Made by a program: the position numbers and the translations under genes. 64,000 nucleotides of DNA from Candidatus Rifleibacteriota bacterium (lineage in GTDB: Bacteria > Muiribacteriota > Ozemobacteria > Ozemobacterales > Ozemobacteraceae). Shown in pieces: positions 9,136-18,477 of the stretch; positions within the stretch are counted from its first letter, which is position 1; every line of letters begins with the position of its first letter. The stretch is from NCBI GenBank assembly GCA_051747585.1, contig JBNJGH010000004.1:6852-70851 (forward strand), given 5' to 3'. The notes beneath the pieces are model-generated. The model saw only the letters and a program-made list of their open reading frames with translations, had not been told where the DNA came from and ran no database searches.

Positions 9136-10082
9136 CCACAGTTGTCAGTATCGACTGGGGAGGAACTAACTTAAAAGCTGTTTGTCTAAGACCAGAAAAA
9201 AAAACGCTTTTTTATCAAGCACCGGCCTCCAACATAAGACTGGTAAGACAGGCCGATCTACGAGGAATTATTCATAATCTGGTTACAGAGCTACAGCTTG
9301 CTTCGTATTCGCCTGATTACTTACTAATAGGTGCAGCCGGAGCAGGAGACAAAACTGCAGGACAAAATCTGAAAGCAGAAATAAACAAACAGATACCTTC
9401 ATTAAAAGTTTGCAAAATTTACCCCGACTATAAGTGCAATCATGCTGCAGCCCTGGGGGGAAAAAGCGGCATTCTTTCAATTAACGGAACCGGCTCTCTG
9501 TTGTATTACAGCAACTACAGTTCCGAGAAACGACTTGGCGGCTGGGGCTACCTTTTTGACAGCGCACCTTCCGGTGCCTGTTTCGGCCGAATGGTATTAA
9601 GATCCGCTCTGGAATATTGTGAAGGCACCGCTGCAAAAAAAAATATTTTCAATAAACTAAAACAAAATTATGCTTTTCAAGATTCTGCAACAATACTTAG
9701 CGACATATATCAGGCTGACAATCAGCAAAAACATCTCGGCAACTTCGCCGATGTTTTAACTTCATGTTTCGATGAAGAAGACTCCGAAGCAAAAAAGCTA
9801 ATTAATACATCTATTGAACAGCTGAAAGCCAGAGTATCATTTATGCTTGAATCAATCCCAGAGTCCTTTCCAACTATGAGTGGCACTGGCGGGCTCTGGG
9901 ATAACTGGCCTGAATTCGCCCACCTTATAAACGAAATGGTTAAGAATAATTTTCCCCGAATCAAACTAAGAAAACCGCGTTATAAGTATGTTTATGGCCC
10001 TTTGATTTATCAAAGCAAAGCCTGTAAAGAATGTAATCGTATTTTTTCGTTAATCGCCGAAAAGGATAAAAAAAATGAATAA
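9132..10082 (+). CDS. BadF/BadG/BcrA/BcrD-family sugar kinase (GlcNAc/MurNAc kinase-like)
   Basis: IDWGGT phosphate-1 loop, GAAGAG, NGTGS, RLGGWGY; directly upstream of murQ. Confidence 0.8.
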   Translation: MTTVVSIDWGGTNLKAVCLRPEKKTLFYQAPASNIRLVRQADLRGIIHNLVTELQLASYSPDYLLIGAAGAGDKTAGQNLKAEINKQIPSLKVCKIYPDYKCNHAAALGGKSGILSINGTGSLLYYSNYSSEKRLGGWGYLFDSAPSGACFGRMVLRSALEYCEGTAAKKNIFNKLKQNYAFQDSATILSDIYQADNQQKHLGNFADVLTSCFDEEDSEAKKLINTSIEQLKARVSFMLESIPESFPTMSGTGGLWDNWPEFAHLINEMVKNNFPRIKLRKPRYKYVYGPLIYQSKACKECNRIFSLIAEKDKKNE

Positions 10083-10998
10083 AAAAAAATCAGCAAATAA
10101 AACCGAACTGGCCTTAACCGAGAAACGAAACCCCCGAACAATTTATATCGATAGAGTTTCAACCCGGCAGGCGGTCAAAACTTTTATAGAAGAAGACAAG
10201 ACGGTTACCTCAGCGGTCGAAGCCGTCAGCAACAAAATTGCCCGGGCGGTTGACACCGCTGTTGTAAGCCTGAAAAAAGGTGGTAGAATTATTTACGTCG
10301 GCGCAGGCACCTCAGGTCGTCTGGGCATTCTAGATGCATCGGAATGTCCGCCAACCTTTGGTGTTTCCCCCGACCTTGTCATTGGCCTTATTGCGGGAGG
10401 CAGCAAAGCATTAACCTGTGCGGTAGAAGGTGCCGAAGACAATCTTCATTCGGCCCGTCAAGATCTTGAAGCCATAAACATGAGCTCAAAAGACTTCGTT
10501 ATAGGTATAACTGCGTCAGGCTCAACGCCCTACGTCGTTTCGGGTTTAGAGTTTGCCCGACAGAAAAATGCTGCCACCGCACTGCTCTGCTGTAACCCTT
10601 ACGGCAATCTTCCTGAAGTTGATATTCTGATTGATCCGGCTGTAGGTCCCGAGGTTATAACAGGCTCAACCAGACTGAAAAGTGGAACCGCCTGTAAAAT
10701 GGTTTTAAATATGATTTCGTCTCTTACTATGGTAAGAATGGGTAAGGTTTATGAAAATCTTATGGTAAATCTACAAACCTCCAACAATAAGCTTGAAAAA
10801 AGAGCTTTAAGGATCGTAATGGAAGGTGGAAGAGTGCCAAACTACATGGCTGAAGCCAAGCTTGCCGAAGCCGATGGAGATGTTAAACTTGCAATTATGC
10901 TTGCTCGAACCGAACTAACTTTAGAGCAGGCAAGAAAAAAACTTGAGGAGGCCGAAGGAGTGCTCTATAAAGCACTCGGAGATACCGATTATGAATAA
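10075..10998 (+). CDS. murQ: N-acetylmuramic acid 6-phosphate etherase
   Basis: TEKRNP, GAGTSGRLGILDASECPPTFG, GPEVITGSTRLKSGTA.K..LNMIS, NNKL..RA. Confidence 0.97.
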   Translation: MNKKKSANKTELALTEKRNPRTIYIDRVSTRQAVKTFIEEDKTVTSAVEAVSNKIARAVDTAVVSLKKGGRIIYVGAGTSGRLGILDASECPPTFGVSPDLVIGLIAGGSKALTCAVEGAEDNLHSARQDLEAINMSSKDFVIGITASGSTPYVVSGLEFARQKNAATALLCCNPYGNLPEVDILIDPAVGPEVITGSTRLKSGTACKMVLNMISSLTMVRMGKVYENLMVNLQTSNNKLEKRALRIVMEGGRVPNYMAEAKLAEADGDVKLAIMLARTELTLEQARKKLEEAEGVLYKALGDTDYE

Positions 10999-12568
10999 AT
11001 ATTTTAAAACCGCTCTAATCTCATTATTTATTTTCTCTCTTTTTAACTGTTGGCAAACCACAGCAGCAGCTAAACCTCAGGCACCTGAAGTAAAAATAAG
11101 AGTCGCGCAATATGCAGACAGTTTAGACTTTATTTTACCGGCCGGCGGCAGATGGCTGACTTCTAAACGCAGCGGCTCAATCCCTGCAGGGGTAAAGTGT
11201 TCCGTGTCTGGTAAAATGAATAAACCCGCAGTTAAAAAGTTTCACATAATGGTTGGATCTGCCCCGATTGCTGACAAGGCAAAATTAAAAAAAATACATG
11301 AGAAATTTTTTATTAAAGGGTTCAATACCTTTGAATTTATGATAGGCCGAGAACCAGAAAAAGGCTTCCCTGATAACCGAAAAATTTTTATCGGGGTTAA
11401 AACCTGGTATACCCTGGAAGATGCAGAGAAAAATCTAGATCAGCTGGCAGATCAGAACATCTCAGCCTGGATATTTACCGAAACAATTCAAGCTGCAAAG
11501 GGACGAATCACTTTAAAGATTGCGGGTAAAATTGTTCCATTTAATTTTAACGAAATAAAGCTTGAAGGCAAAAGTGGGGTAAAATTGCTGAAAGCTGAAT
11601 ATGCAAGAGATTACAGCTGGCATGGCTTTGCCGACCGAACTTATAAATCTACAATTCAGATTAAGTGGGGCGCTGATGATTGTCTCGATTGCATTGAGCA
11701 CACCAATCTAGAATCACTTCTTGTTGGCATTGTTCCATCGGAAATTTCTGCCAAAGCCCCAGCAGCAGCTCTTCAAGCTCAGGCAATTGCCGCCAGGGGT
11801 GAAATGCTCTCTAAACTCGGAACGAGACATCATAATACCGGTTACGATTTTTGTTCGGAACAACATTGTCAGGTTTATAAGGGCAAACAAAGTTGCGACG
11901 ATCATATCTTTAATTCAATCAAAAATACCTGGGGACAAATACTGTTAGATCATAAGAACAAAGCACTTGACGCTGTTTACAGTGCAAATTGTGGTGGGCA
12001 CACTTCGGCAAACCATAATATATGGACTTCTAACCCCAACCCTCATCTGCAGGGAGTTTTTGACACTGTAAAGAAACAACGACTCAACCTTAAAGACGAA
12101 GAACAGGTAGAAAAGTTTATCTTGAATCCGCCCGAGTGCTGGTGCGGTTTTGAAGGTATCGAGGGCTCAAGCAAGTTCAGATGGATAAAAAAAATCAATG
12201 CTGCCAACTGGAAAAAGATAGAGAAAAAAATTGACCTGGGCAAAATAAAAGAAATCAATTTATTCGAGCGAGATGTATCGGGTCGCATCATAAGCCTCAA
12301 GGCAACCGGGGAAAAAGGCAGCAAAAGAATAATGAAAGAACTTAAAATCAGACGCATTTTTAACAATCTTAAAAGTTCATGCTTTATTGTTGAATTTAAC
12401 AAAGATTCTAAAGGTTTTATCAAGTCTGCTACCTTTAAAGGTGCGGGCTGGGGTCATGGTGTAGGCATGTGCCAAACCGGAGCTCAAAGCATGGCAACTA
12501 AAGGCAGAACTTTTAAACAGATACTTTTACATTATTTTCCCGGTGCAAATATACGCAAACTTTATTAA
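10991..12568 (+). CDS. SpoIID/LytB-domain lytic transglycosylase, exported (start moved to ATG 10991)
   Basis: GIVPSEI...AALQAQAIAAR (catalytic Glu), FCSEQHCQVY, YSANCGGHT, GWGHGVGMCQTGA; signal peptide. Confidence 0.88.
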   Translation: MNKYFKTALISLFIFSLFNCWQTTAAAKPQAPEVKIRVAQYADSLDFILPAGGRWLTSKRSGSIPAGVKCSVSGKMNKPAVKKFHIMVGSAPIADKAKLKKIHEKFFIKGFNTFEFMIGREPEKGFPDNRKIFIGVKTWYTLEDAEKNLDQLADQNISAWIFTETIQAAKGRITLKIAGKIVPFNFNEIKLEGKSGVKLLKAEYARDYSWHGFADRTYKSTIQIKWGADDCLDCIEHTNLESLLVGIVPSEISAKAPAAALQAQAIAARGEMLSKLGTRHHNTGYDFCSEQHCQVYKGKQSCDDHIFNSIKNTWGQILLDHKNKALDAVYSANCGGHTSANHNIWTSNPNPHLQGVFDTVKKQRLNLKDEEQVEKFILNPPECWCGFEGIEGSSKFRWIKKINAANWKKIEKKIDLGKIKEINLFERDVSGRIISLKATGEKGSKRIMKELKIRRIFNNLKSSCFIVEFNKDSKGFIKSATFKGAGWGHGVGMCQTGAQSMATKGRTFKQILLHYFPGANIRKLY

Positions 12569-12635
12569 TTTAAATCGTTTTATTTAACTTTGCCGCATGC
12601 TTTTCAAGGTTTGTTTCAAGTGGTAAAATAACAAC

Positions 12636-13976
12636 ATGTTAAAGAACAAAACAAAGTTTATGCTTACAACTTTTGGCTGCCAGATGAACCAGGCCGACGC
12701 TCAGCGAATCAATGGAATTCTGGCATCAATGGGCTACGAGCAAACCGACAACGAAAAAGAAGCTCAACTTATACTTTTCAATACATGCTGCGTAAGACAG
12801 CATGCGGAACAGAGACTGATCAGCAGAATACAGGCCCTGACCGCAGAAAAGAAAAAACGGCCCGACCTTTTAATTGGCGTTTCAGGCTGCATGGCTCAAG
12901 AGCACCAACAAAAACTCCTCAATATGCTTCCACTGGTTGACCTTGTTTTTGGCCCAAATGACATCGAAGAGTTGCCTTTACTCTTACAACGAGCAAAAAA
13001 CGAAAAAACTCTGGGCAACTTTACCAGTAAAGGCGCCTTTGATGGAGAATCTGCCGAAGGCATTATTCTCAATCGTCCCTTTTCGGCAATGGTTAATATT
13101 ATCAGGGGCTGCACCAACTTCTGCTCGTATTGCATAGTTCCTTATGTGCGTGGACCTGAGGTAAGCCGACCACTCGATGAACTTACCGACTTTATTGGCG
13201 AACTTGCCCGGCATGGAGTTAAAGAAATAACACTACTCGGACAGAATGTTAATGCCTATGGCAAAGATATTGGCCTGCAAGAAGGCTTCGCCACTCTTTT
13301 AGAAGAGATAGAAAAAATTGACGGCATCAAATGGGTAAGATTTATGACCTCTCATCCGCGAGATTTTTCTAAAGAAACAATCAGAAGAATATCTCAACTT
13401 TCAAAAGTTTGTGAGCACTATCATCTACCTGTTCAAGCAGGCTCAAATAAAATATTGAAAAAAATGAAACGTGGCTATACAAGAGAAGAATATATTGATT
13501 TAATCCAGTTTGTACGTGATTCAATAAAAGACGCCTGTATAACCACCGATATAATTTGTGGCTTCCCGGGTGAAAGCGAAGAAGACTTTGAACAAACTCT
13601 TTCGCTGGTAAAAAAAATACGCTATGAATCTGCCTTCATGTATTATTATTCACCTCGCGAAGGCACAAAAGCTGCCGAAATGACAGACCAGATCCCCGAA
13701 AAAATCAGAAAAGAGCGTCTAAGCCGGCTTATCGACATTCAAAATAACATTGCCCTCGAAGATAGTCAGAAATTGCTGCACAAAGAATTTGAAGTTCTGG
13801 TAGATAACGTTTCTTCTAAAATCAAGGGTCATGTTGCCGGGAAAACAAGAACCGGAAGAGTTGTAGATTTTGCTGGTTCTCCTGATCTTATCGGCGAATT
13901 TGTGCGCGTTAAAATTGAAAAGGCCCGAATCTGGACACTGTCAGGCACAATGATCCAGGGAAGTGAAAAAAAATGA
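12636..13976 (+). CDS. miaB: tRNA-2-methylthio-N6-dimethylallyladenosine synthase
   Basis: TFGCQMN, NTCCVR, GCMAQ, GCTNFCSYC radical SAM motif, C-terminal TRAM domain. Confidence 0.96.
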   Translation: MLKNKTKFMLTTFGCQMNQADAQRINGILASMGYEQTDNEKEAQLILFNTCCVRQHAEQRLISRIQALTAEKKKRPDLLIGVSGCMAQEHQQKLLNMLPLVDLVFGPNDIEELPLLLQRAKNEKTLGNFTSKGAFDGESAEGIILNRPFSAMVNIIRGCTNFCSYCIVPYVRGPEVSRPLDELTDFIGELARHGVKEITLLGQNVNAYGKDIGLQEGFATLLEEIEKIDGIKWVRFMTSHPRDFSKETIRRISQLSKVCEHYHLPVQAGSNKILKKMKRGYTREEYIDLIQFVRDSIKDACITTDIICGFPGESEEDFEQTLSLVKKIRYESAFMYYYSPREGTKAAEMTDQIPEKIRKERLSRLIDIQNNIALEDSQKLLHKEFEVLVDNVSSKIKGHVAGKTRTGRVVDFAGSPDLIGEFVRVKIEKARIWTLSGTMIQGSEKK

Positions 13977-14539
13977 GCATTCTTGTTCACGCCTGCTGTG
14001 GCCCATGCCTTGGCGGTTCGATCGACACTTTAAAAGAAGCTGCAAAAACCGAAAAAATTGAAACATTCTGGTTTAACCCCAATATTCACCCATACCTGGA
14101 ATATAGAGACAGAATGCTTTCTTTTCGGAAGATTTGTTCAGATCTTAAACTTAAAATGCATTCTGCTATGACAGAATATGGCCTGCAAGCTTTTCTGACA
14201 GAAACTAAAAATGATTTTAGCGAAGCCAGATGTGCTAAGTGCTATAAATTAAGACTTGAAGCTGCTGCAGCCTTTGCCGCAAAGAACTCTTTTTCTGCCT
14301 TTACGACTACTTTGCTGATCTCTCCACACCAGAACCACAATCTTATAGTTAAAACCGCTCAACAGGCTGCCGAAAAATTCAATACCCGATTTTTGTATTT
14401 AGACTTCAGACCGGACTTCAAAAAAACTTATGAAGCCATACGCAAACACGAACTTTATAAACAAAGGTATTGTGGCTGTATTTTCAGTGAGTATGTCCGT
14501 TTTCAGAATGACAAAAGATATAAATTACCTGAAATATAA
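13973..14539 (+). CDS. queH: Epoxyqueuosine reductase QueH (DUF208)
   Basis: LVHACCGPC, NPNIHPY.EY..R, C..CY..RLE, Y.Q.YCGC.FS. Confidence 0.92.
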   Translation: MSILVHACCGPCLGGSIDTLKEAAKTEKIETFWFNPNIHPYLEYRDRMLSFRKICSDLKLKMHSAMTEYGLQAFLTETKNDFSEARCAKCYKLRLEAAAAFAAKNSFSAFTTTLLISPHQNHNLIVKTAQQAAEKFNTRFLYLDFRPDFKKTYEAIRKHELYKQRYCGCIFSEYVRFQNDKRYKLPEI

Positions 14540-14602
14540 AAAAACTAAATCCCAAAAAAGCCGAATTACGTTTTACCATTTAAAGAACTCGGAGAATTAA
14601 CA

Positions 14603-16057
14603 GTGCAAATAAATTTTAACAGCTCAGCTAAGACCCGAACAAAAAAAGGCCTTATAGTTTTGCTGTGTGTGTTTTTTGCATGCCTTATATTGAGCTCTAA
14701 ATTACATGCAGGCCGTGAACCGAAACTTAAAGTAAAATTAGGTGGTCTTCATAAAAAAATCTCTATTACTGCTAAAAAAACAGGAGTTGTCAAAAACTCC
14801 GGAGGCCGAAGAATTCAATCATTCAGAGGAAGCAGAAACTTCAGCTGGAATTTGCCATCGAACCGCCGGCGGGTTCGCTATAACAAACAAACTCTTGAAT
14901 TTTCCAGTCGCGATAATATTTTAGATTTTAACGGCAACAAATATCGGGGCAAACTCCTGATAACCTTCACCAAAAAAGGTGCAAAAGTAGTTAATCACCT
15001 TGGCATAGAAAATTATCTGCGAGGAGTTGTAGGCAGCGAAATGGGCTCTCTATCACCAATGGAATCACTCAAAGCCCAGACCGTTATAGCCAGAACTTAT
15101 GCTTACAGCAATCGTGGAAAACATGGACGCGATGGAGCAGATGTCTGTGATTCGACCCATTGCCAGGTTTACCGTGGGATAAAATCAGAAAGAGATCGAA
15201 TTAACAAAGCAATTGAAGCCACTCGCGGAATTATTATGGTTTCAAACGGCAAAGCAATCGAAACCCTTTATCATGCGACCTGTGGTGGCATGACATCTGA
15301 TAACGACAAAGTCTTTGGTGGCGCTCCCAGAAGTTATTTGCGTAGAGTAATCTGTCCCTTCTGCAAAAAGGGTTCTAAATATCGCTGGGCAAAAAATATA
15401 AATTTGAATAAATTGAAAAAAGAACTTGCCAGAGAACAAATTCGTTTCAACCGCCTCTATGAAATCAGCTACAAATCTCCTGGCTTGATGGATAGAGTAG
15501 AAAAAATTTATCTAATCACAGACAAAGGTCGATTTACAGTCAAAGGCACAACCTTCAGAAGGCTTTTCAAGCTATACAGCACAACGTTTACTCTGGGCAG
15601 CCGCAAAAAAGTCAAAAGCATCATTTCCAAAGCGATAGAAACGCATCCTGAAAAGGTTTTTCACGCAGAAGTCAAGGGTAGAACCTATTTTTCACCTGAT
15701 TATTTCAAGGCGATAAATTCAGGCTTAAAAATTGATGAGGGTCCGCCCCAACTGTTTATTAATTGTCAAAAAGGCTTAAAAAGAGTTGTAAGGCCACAAA
15801 AGGGCTGGAAATTTATTTCTTCGAAACGTCAGATTAATTTGACCGACAACTCAATAAAAAAGGAAAAAAAATTACCCGCCCCAAAAACGAACCGGGTAAA
15901 AGTTATTGAAAAAATAGAAATTTTTGGTCGCGGCTACGGTCACCAGGTTGGTCTTTGTCAGTCTGGTGCAATCGAGATGGGTAAACGAAACTGGTCCTAT
16001 CGTCAGATACTGCCATTCTATTATTCGAACGTCATGCTGCGGCAATTAAAATATTAA
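14603..16057 (+). CDS. Second SpoIID/LytB-domain protein, with a basic insertion
   Basis: YLRGVVGSEM, SLKAQTVIARTY, VCDSTHCQVY, YHATCGG, GRGYGHQVGLCQSGA; GTG start, signal peptide. Confidence 0.88.
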   Translation: MQINFNSSAKTRTKKGLIVLLCVFFACLILSSKLHAGREPKLKVKLGGLHKKISITAKKTGVVKNSGGRRIQSFRGSRNFSWNLPSNRRRVRYNKQTLEFSSRDNILDFNGNKYRGKLLITFTKKGAKVVNHLGIENYLRGVVGSEMGSLSPMESLKAQTVIARTYAYSNRGKHGRDGADVCDSTHCQVYRGIKSERDRINKAIEATRGIIMVSNGKAIETLYHATCGGMTSDNDKVFGGAPRSYLRRVICPFCKKGSKYRWAKNINLNKLKKELAREQIRFNRLYEISYKSPGLMDRVEKIYLITDKGRFTVKGTTFRRLFKLYSTTFTLGSRKKVKSIISKAIETHPEKVFHAEVKGRTYFSPDYFKAINSGLKIDEGPPQLFINCQKGLKRVVRPQKGWKFISSKRQINLTDNSIKKEKKLPAPKTNRVKVIEKIEIFGRGYGHQVGLCQSGAIEMGKRNWSYRQILPFYYSNVMLRQLKY

Positions 16058-16094
16058 TTTGCTTCTAAAATTGTTAAAAATTGTATTTATTACT

Positions 16095-16121
16095 TAAATT
16101 TGTCTAAGAAACAGCCGATAC
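16095..16121 (+). promoter_or_regulatory. sigma28 (FliA/SigD)-type promoter upstream of pilM
   Basis: TAAA(16095-98)-N15-GCCGATAC(16114-21), 71 nt before the pilM ATG. Confidence 0.7.
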
Positions 16122-16192
16122 AAAACTGACATTCTATAAATTAACAGCTTTTACGGAATTTATTTCCGGGCTAACCTTGGAGGAAAGAGCTT

Positions 16193-17290
16193 ATGGGTTT
16201 GTTCACCTTCGGGACAAGCAATTCAGCGGTAGGTATCGATATTGGCACCTCAGCTGTCAAAATCGTCCAGCTCAAAAAGACTCCTTCTGGTCCTGAACTG
16301 ATAAACTACGGAATGATGCCGCTACCGCCTGACGCAATGGTGGAAGGTTCGGTCGGCGATCCGCAGTCTGTTGCAGGGGTCATTAAGGATCTACTGAAAT
16401 CACGAAAAATTAAACCGGAACGCAACTTTGCTTCAATTTCCGGGCAGAATGTAATTATGCGCTTCACCAAGCTGCCGGTTATGTCTCCCGAGGAACTTGA
16501 GCAAACAGTTAGAATCGAAGCGGAACAATATGTTCCCTACGCAATTGATGAGGTTAGTATTACCCACGCCGTCTTGAACACCGTAGACGAAGACGAAGAA
16601 GGTGGCGGAAAATATTCGATTCTTCTGGTTGTTGCGCAAAAAGACCTGGTTGCTTCTTACACCGATGTTTTGAAAACATCTGGTGTCACACCTGAAATAA
16701 TGGATGTTGATACGATTGCAGCAATAAATGCACTCGAAAATTCCTACATGCAGACTGCCAGCTCACAGGAAGGCGGCGAAGTTGTAGCCATTATTGATAC
16801 CGGTTCAAGAACCACCAACATATCGGTATTGAAAGCCGGCATTCTCATGTTCACTCGTAACATACCAATAGCAGGCAACAACATTACTGAGATGATCAAA
16901 GAAGTAATGCAGCAGGAATTTGACCAGGCCGAGTCGATTAAAGTCGAAGAAGCCGAAGTGGGTATTGGCGATGTTGGCACCAATGAAATTTCTGAGGTTG
17001 TCAAAACAACTGTTGATGAGCTTGCTTCAGAAATTAGAAGATCATTCGATTACTTTAAAGCACAATCACGAGAGCCTTTGATTCACCGTATTATTCTTTC
17101 AGGTGGCAGCTCAAATCTGAGAAACTTCAATACTTTTCTCAGTAACGAACTGGGGGTTGATGTTTATATGGGTAACCCTCTCGAAGGGGTTGCCGTAACT
17201 GCGCCAGACCCTGATGAGCTTTACGATAATCTTCAACAGTTCACAGTAGCAATCGGCCTTGCTCTTAGAGGGGTGGTGGATGATCTATGA
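16193..17290 (+). CDS. pilM: Type IV pilus assembly protein PilM
   Basis: VGIDIGTSAVKIVQL, EAEQYVPY, IIDTGSRTTN, EIRRSFDYF, LSGG, VAIGLALR. Confidence 0.95.
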   Translation: MGLFTFGTSNSAVGIDIGTSAVKIVQLKKTPSGPELINYGMMPLPPDAMVEGSVGDPQSVAGVIKDLLKSRKIKPERNFASISGQNVIMRFTKLPVMSPEELEQTVRIEAEQYVPYAIDEVSITHAVLNTVDEDEEGGGKYSILLVVAQKDLVASYTDVLKTSGVTPEIMDVDTIAAINALENSYMQTASSQEGGEVVAIIDTGSRTTNISVLKAGILMFTRNIPIAGNNITEMIKEVMQQEFDQAESIKVEEAEVGIGDVGTNEISEVVKTTVDELASEIRRSFDYFKAQSREPLIHRIILSGGSSNLRNFNTFLSNELGVDVYMGNPLEGVAVTAPDPDELYDNLQQFTVAIGLALRGVVDDL

Positions 17291-17889
17291 TTAGAGTAAA
17301 TCTATTAACGGTTAAACGGCGCAAGCCGATTCAGATACCCTTCGCAGCAATTTTCTTCGTTATCGGTTTGATAGGTATTGGTGGTGGTTTCTACGCAGGA
17401 ACGCTTGCCATTAAAGACTGGAACAAGCCACTGATCGAAGAAAAAAATGAACTGAAAGACGAAATTGCCAGAGAACAATCAAAGCTGGATATCAAAGACT
17501 CACTCAGACAGCAGAAGAACCAGCTCAATTCACAGATTAACCGACTTGAGCAGCTATCAGGTGCTAATCTTCTCCAGTGGTCTCAGGTTTTCAGCGATCT
17601 GACCAATGTTGTTCCCAATGATACTGTCTGGATAACAAATCTGAGAATTGACTCGGATCGAAGAGTTCAGATAGCCGGCTACTCATGCAGTGGTGAAGAC
17701 AATGGCGACCAGAAGGGTGCCAAACTTACCAGAGGTATTCAGGAATTTATAAGACAAATTCAGGGACATGAGCATTTCAATGAAGTTTTTCTCAACAGTG
17801 CAACGAAAAATGTTTATGAAAAGAAGCCGGTCTGGAGATTCGAAATCAACTGTCGCATAACTCGTAACATCAGCGATAGTAGTCTGTGA
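17287..17889 (+). CDS. pilN: Type IV pilus assembly protein PilN
   Basis: IRVNLL PilM-binding motif, TM helix, coiled coil, VWITNL. Confidence 0.9.
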   Translation: MIRVNLLTVKRRKPIQIPFAAIFFVIGLIGIGGGFYAGTLAIKDWNKPLIEEKNELKDEIAREQSKLDIKDSLRQQKNQLNSQINRLEQLSGANLLQWSQVFSDLTNVVPNDTVWITNLRIDSDRRVQIAGYSCSGEDNGDQKGAKLTRGIQEFIRQIQGHEHFNEVFLNSATKNVYEKKPVWRFEINCRITRNISDSSL

Positions 17890-17901
17890 GGGATAAATTA
17901 A

Positions 17902-18462
17902 ATGAATAACTTTGCAGTAGCAATAATTTTCCTCGTTGTAATAGCAGCCGGCGTTGGTGCTTTCTTTTACTTCGAGTATATGGAACCTCTGGAAAAAGAG
18001 GCGGCCGAGCTTACCGAAGAGATTGAAAGTCTAGAACGCCAGAAGGCGCAGCTTGAAAACATCGAAGAAGAAATGAAACAGCTGGAAACTGAGATCTCAG
18101 AGCTAACAGAAGAAAAGAACAAGCTTCAAATGGAATCAAATCAGCTTAATACAGTTGTTCCAAAACTGCTGGATTCAACAGAAACAATAGCTAACAAATA
18201 TGACATAAAATTCCAGGATATTCGCATATCACCACTGGTAAGGGCAGAAGAATGGTCTGAGCTGCCAATCGAAATTACAGTTCAAGGGCCATTCAGTAAA
18301 ATTGGAAACTTTCTCAAAATAATGGAACAGAGAAAGATTATTAATTTAGCCGCAGGATCAATGAATGTTTCAGTATCAGCAGAAGTTGATCGTAAAACAA
18401 AAAGCCCGATGCTCAGTGTAGTAATCAGCGCAAAAGTTTATATTATGGGCAGCGGCCTGTAA
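17902..18462 (+). CDS. pilO: Type IV pilus assembly protein PilO
   Basis: N-terminal TM, coiled coil, ELPIEITVQGPFSKIGNFL; position in the operon. Confidence 0.85.
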   Translation: MNNFAVAIIFLVVIAAGVGAFFYFEYMEPLEKEAAELTEEIESLERQKAQLENIEEEMKQLETEISELTEEKNKLQMESNQLNTVVPKLLDSTETIANKYDIKFQDIRISPLVRAEEWSELPIEITVQGPFSKIGNFLKIMEQRKIINLAAGSMNVSVSAEVDRKTKSPMLSVVISAKVYIMGSGL

Positions 18463-18477
18463 ACAAGGAGGTAGACC

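Noticed and set aside
10991..16057. Sporulation genes (two SpoIID, plus GerMN at 39059)
   Set aside because: These domains are common in non-sporulating bacteria; flgH, flgI and pilQ indicate a diderm, and no spo regulators are seen
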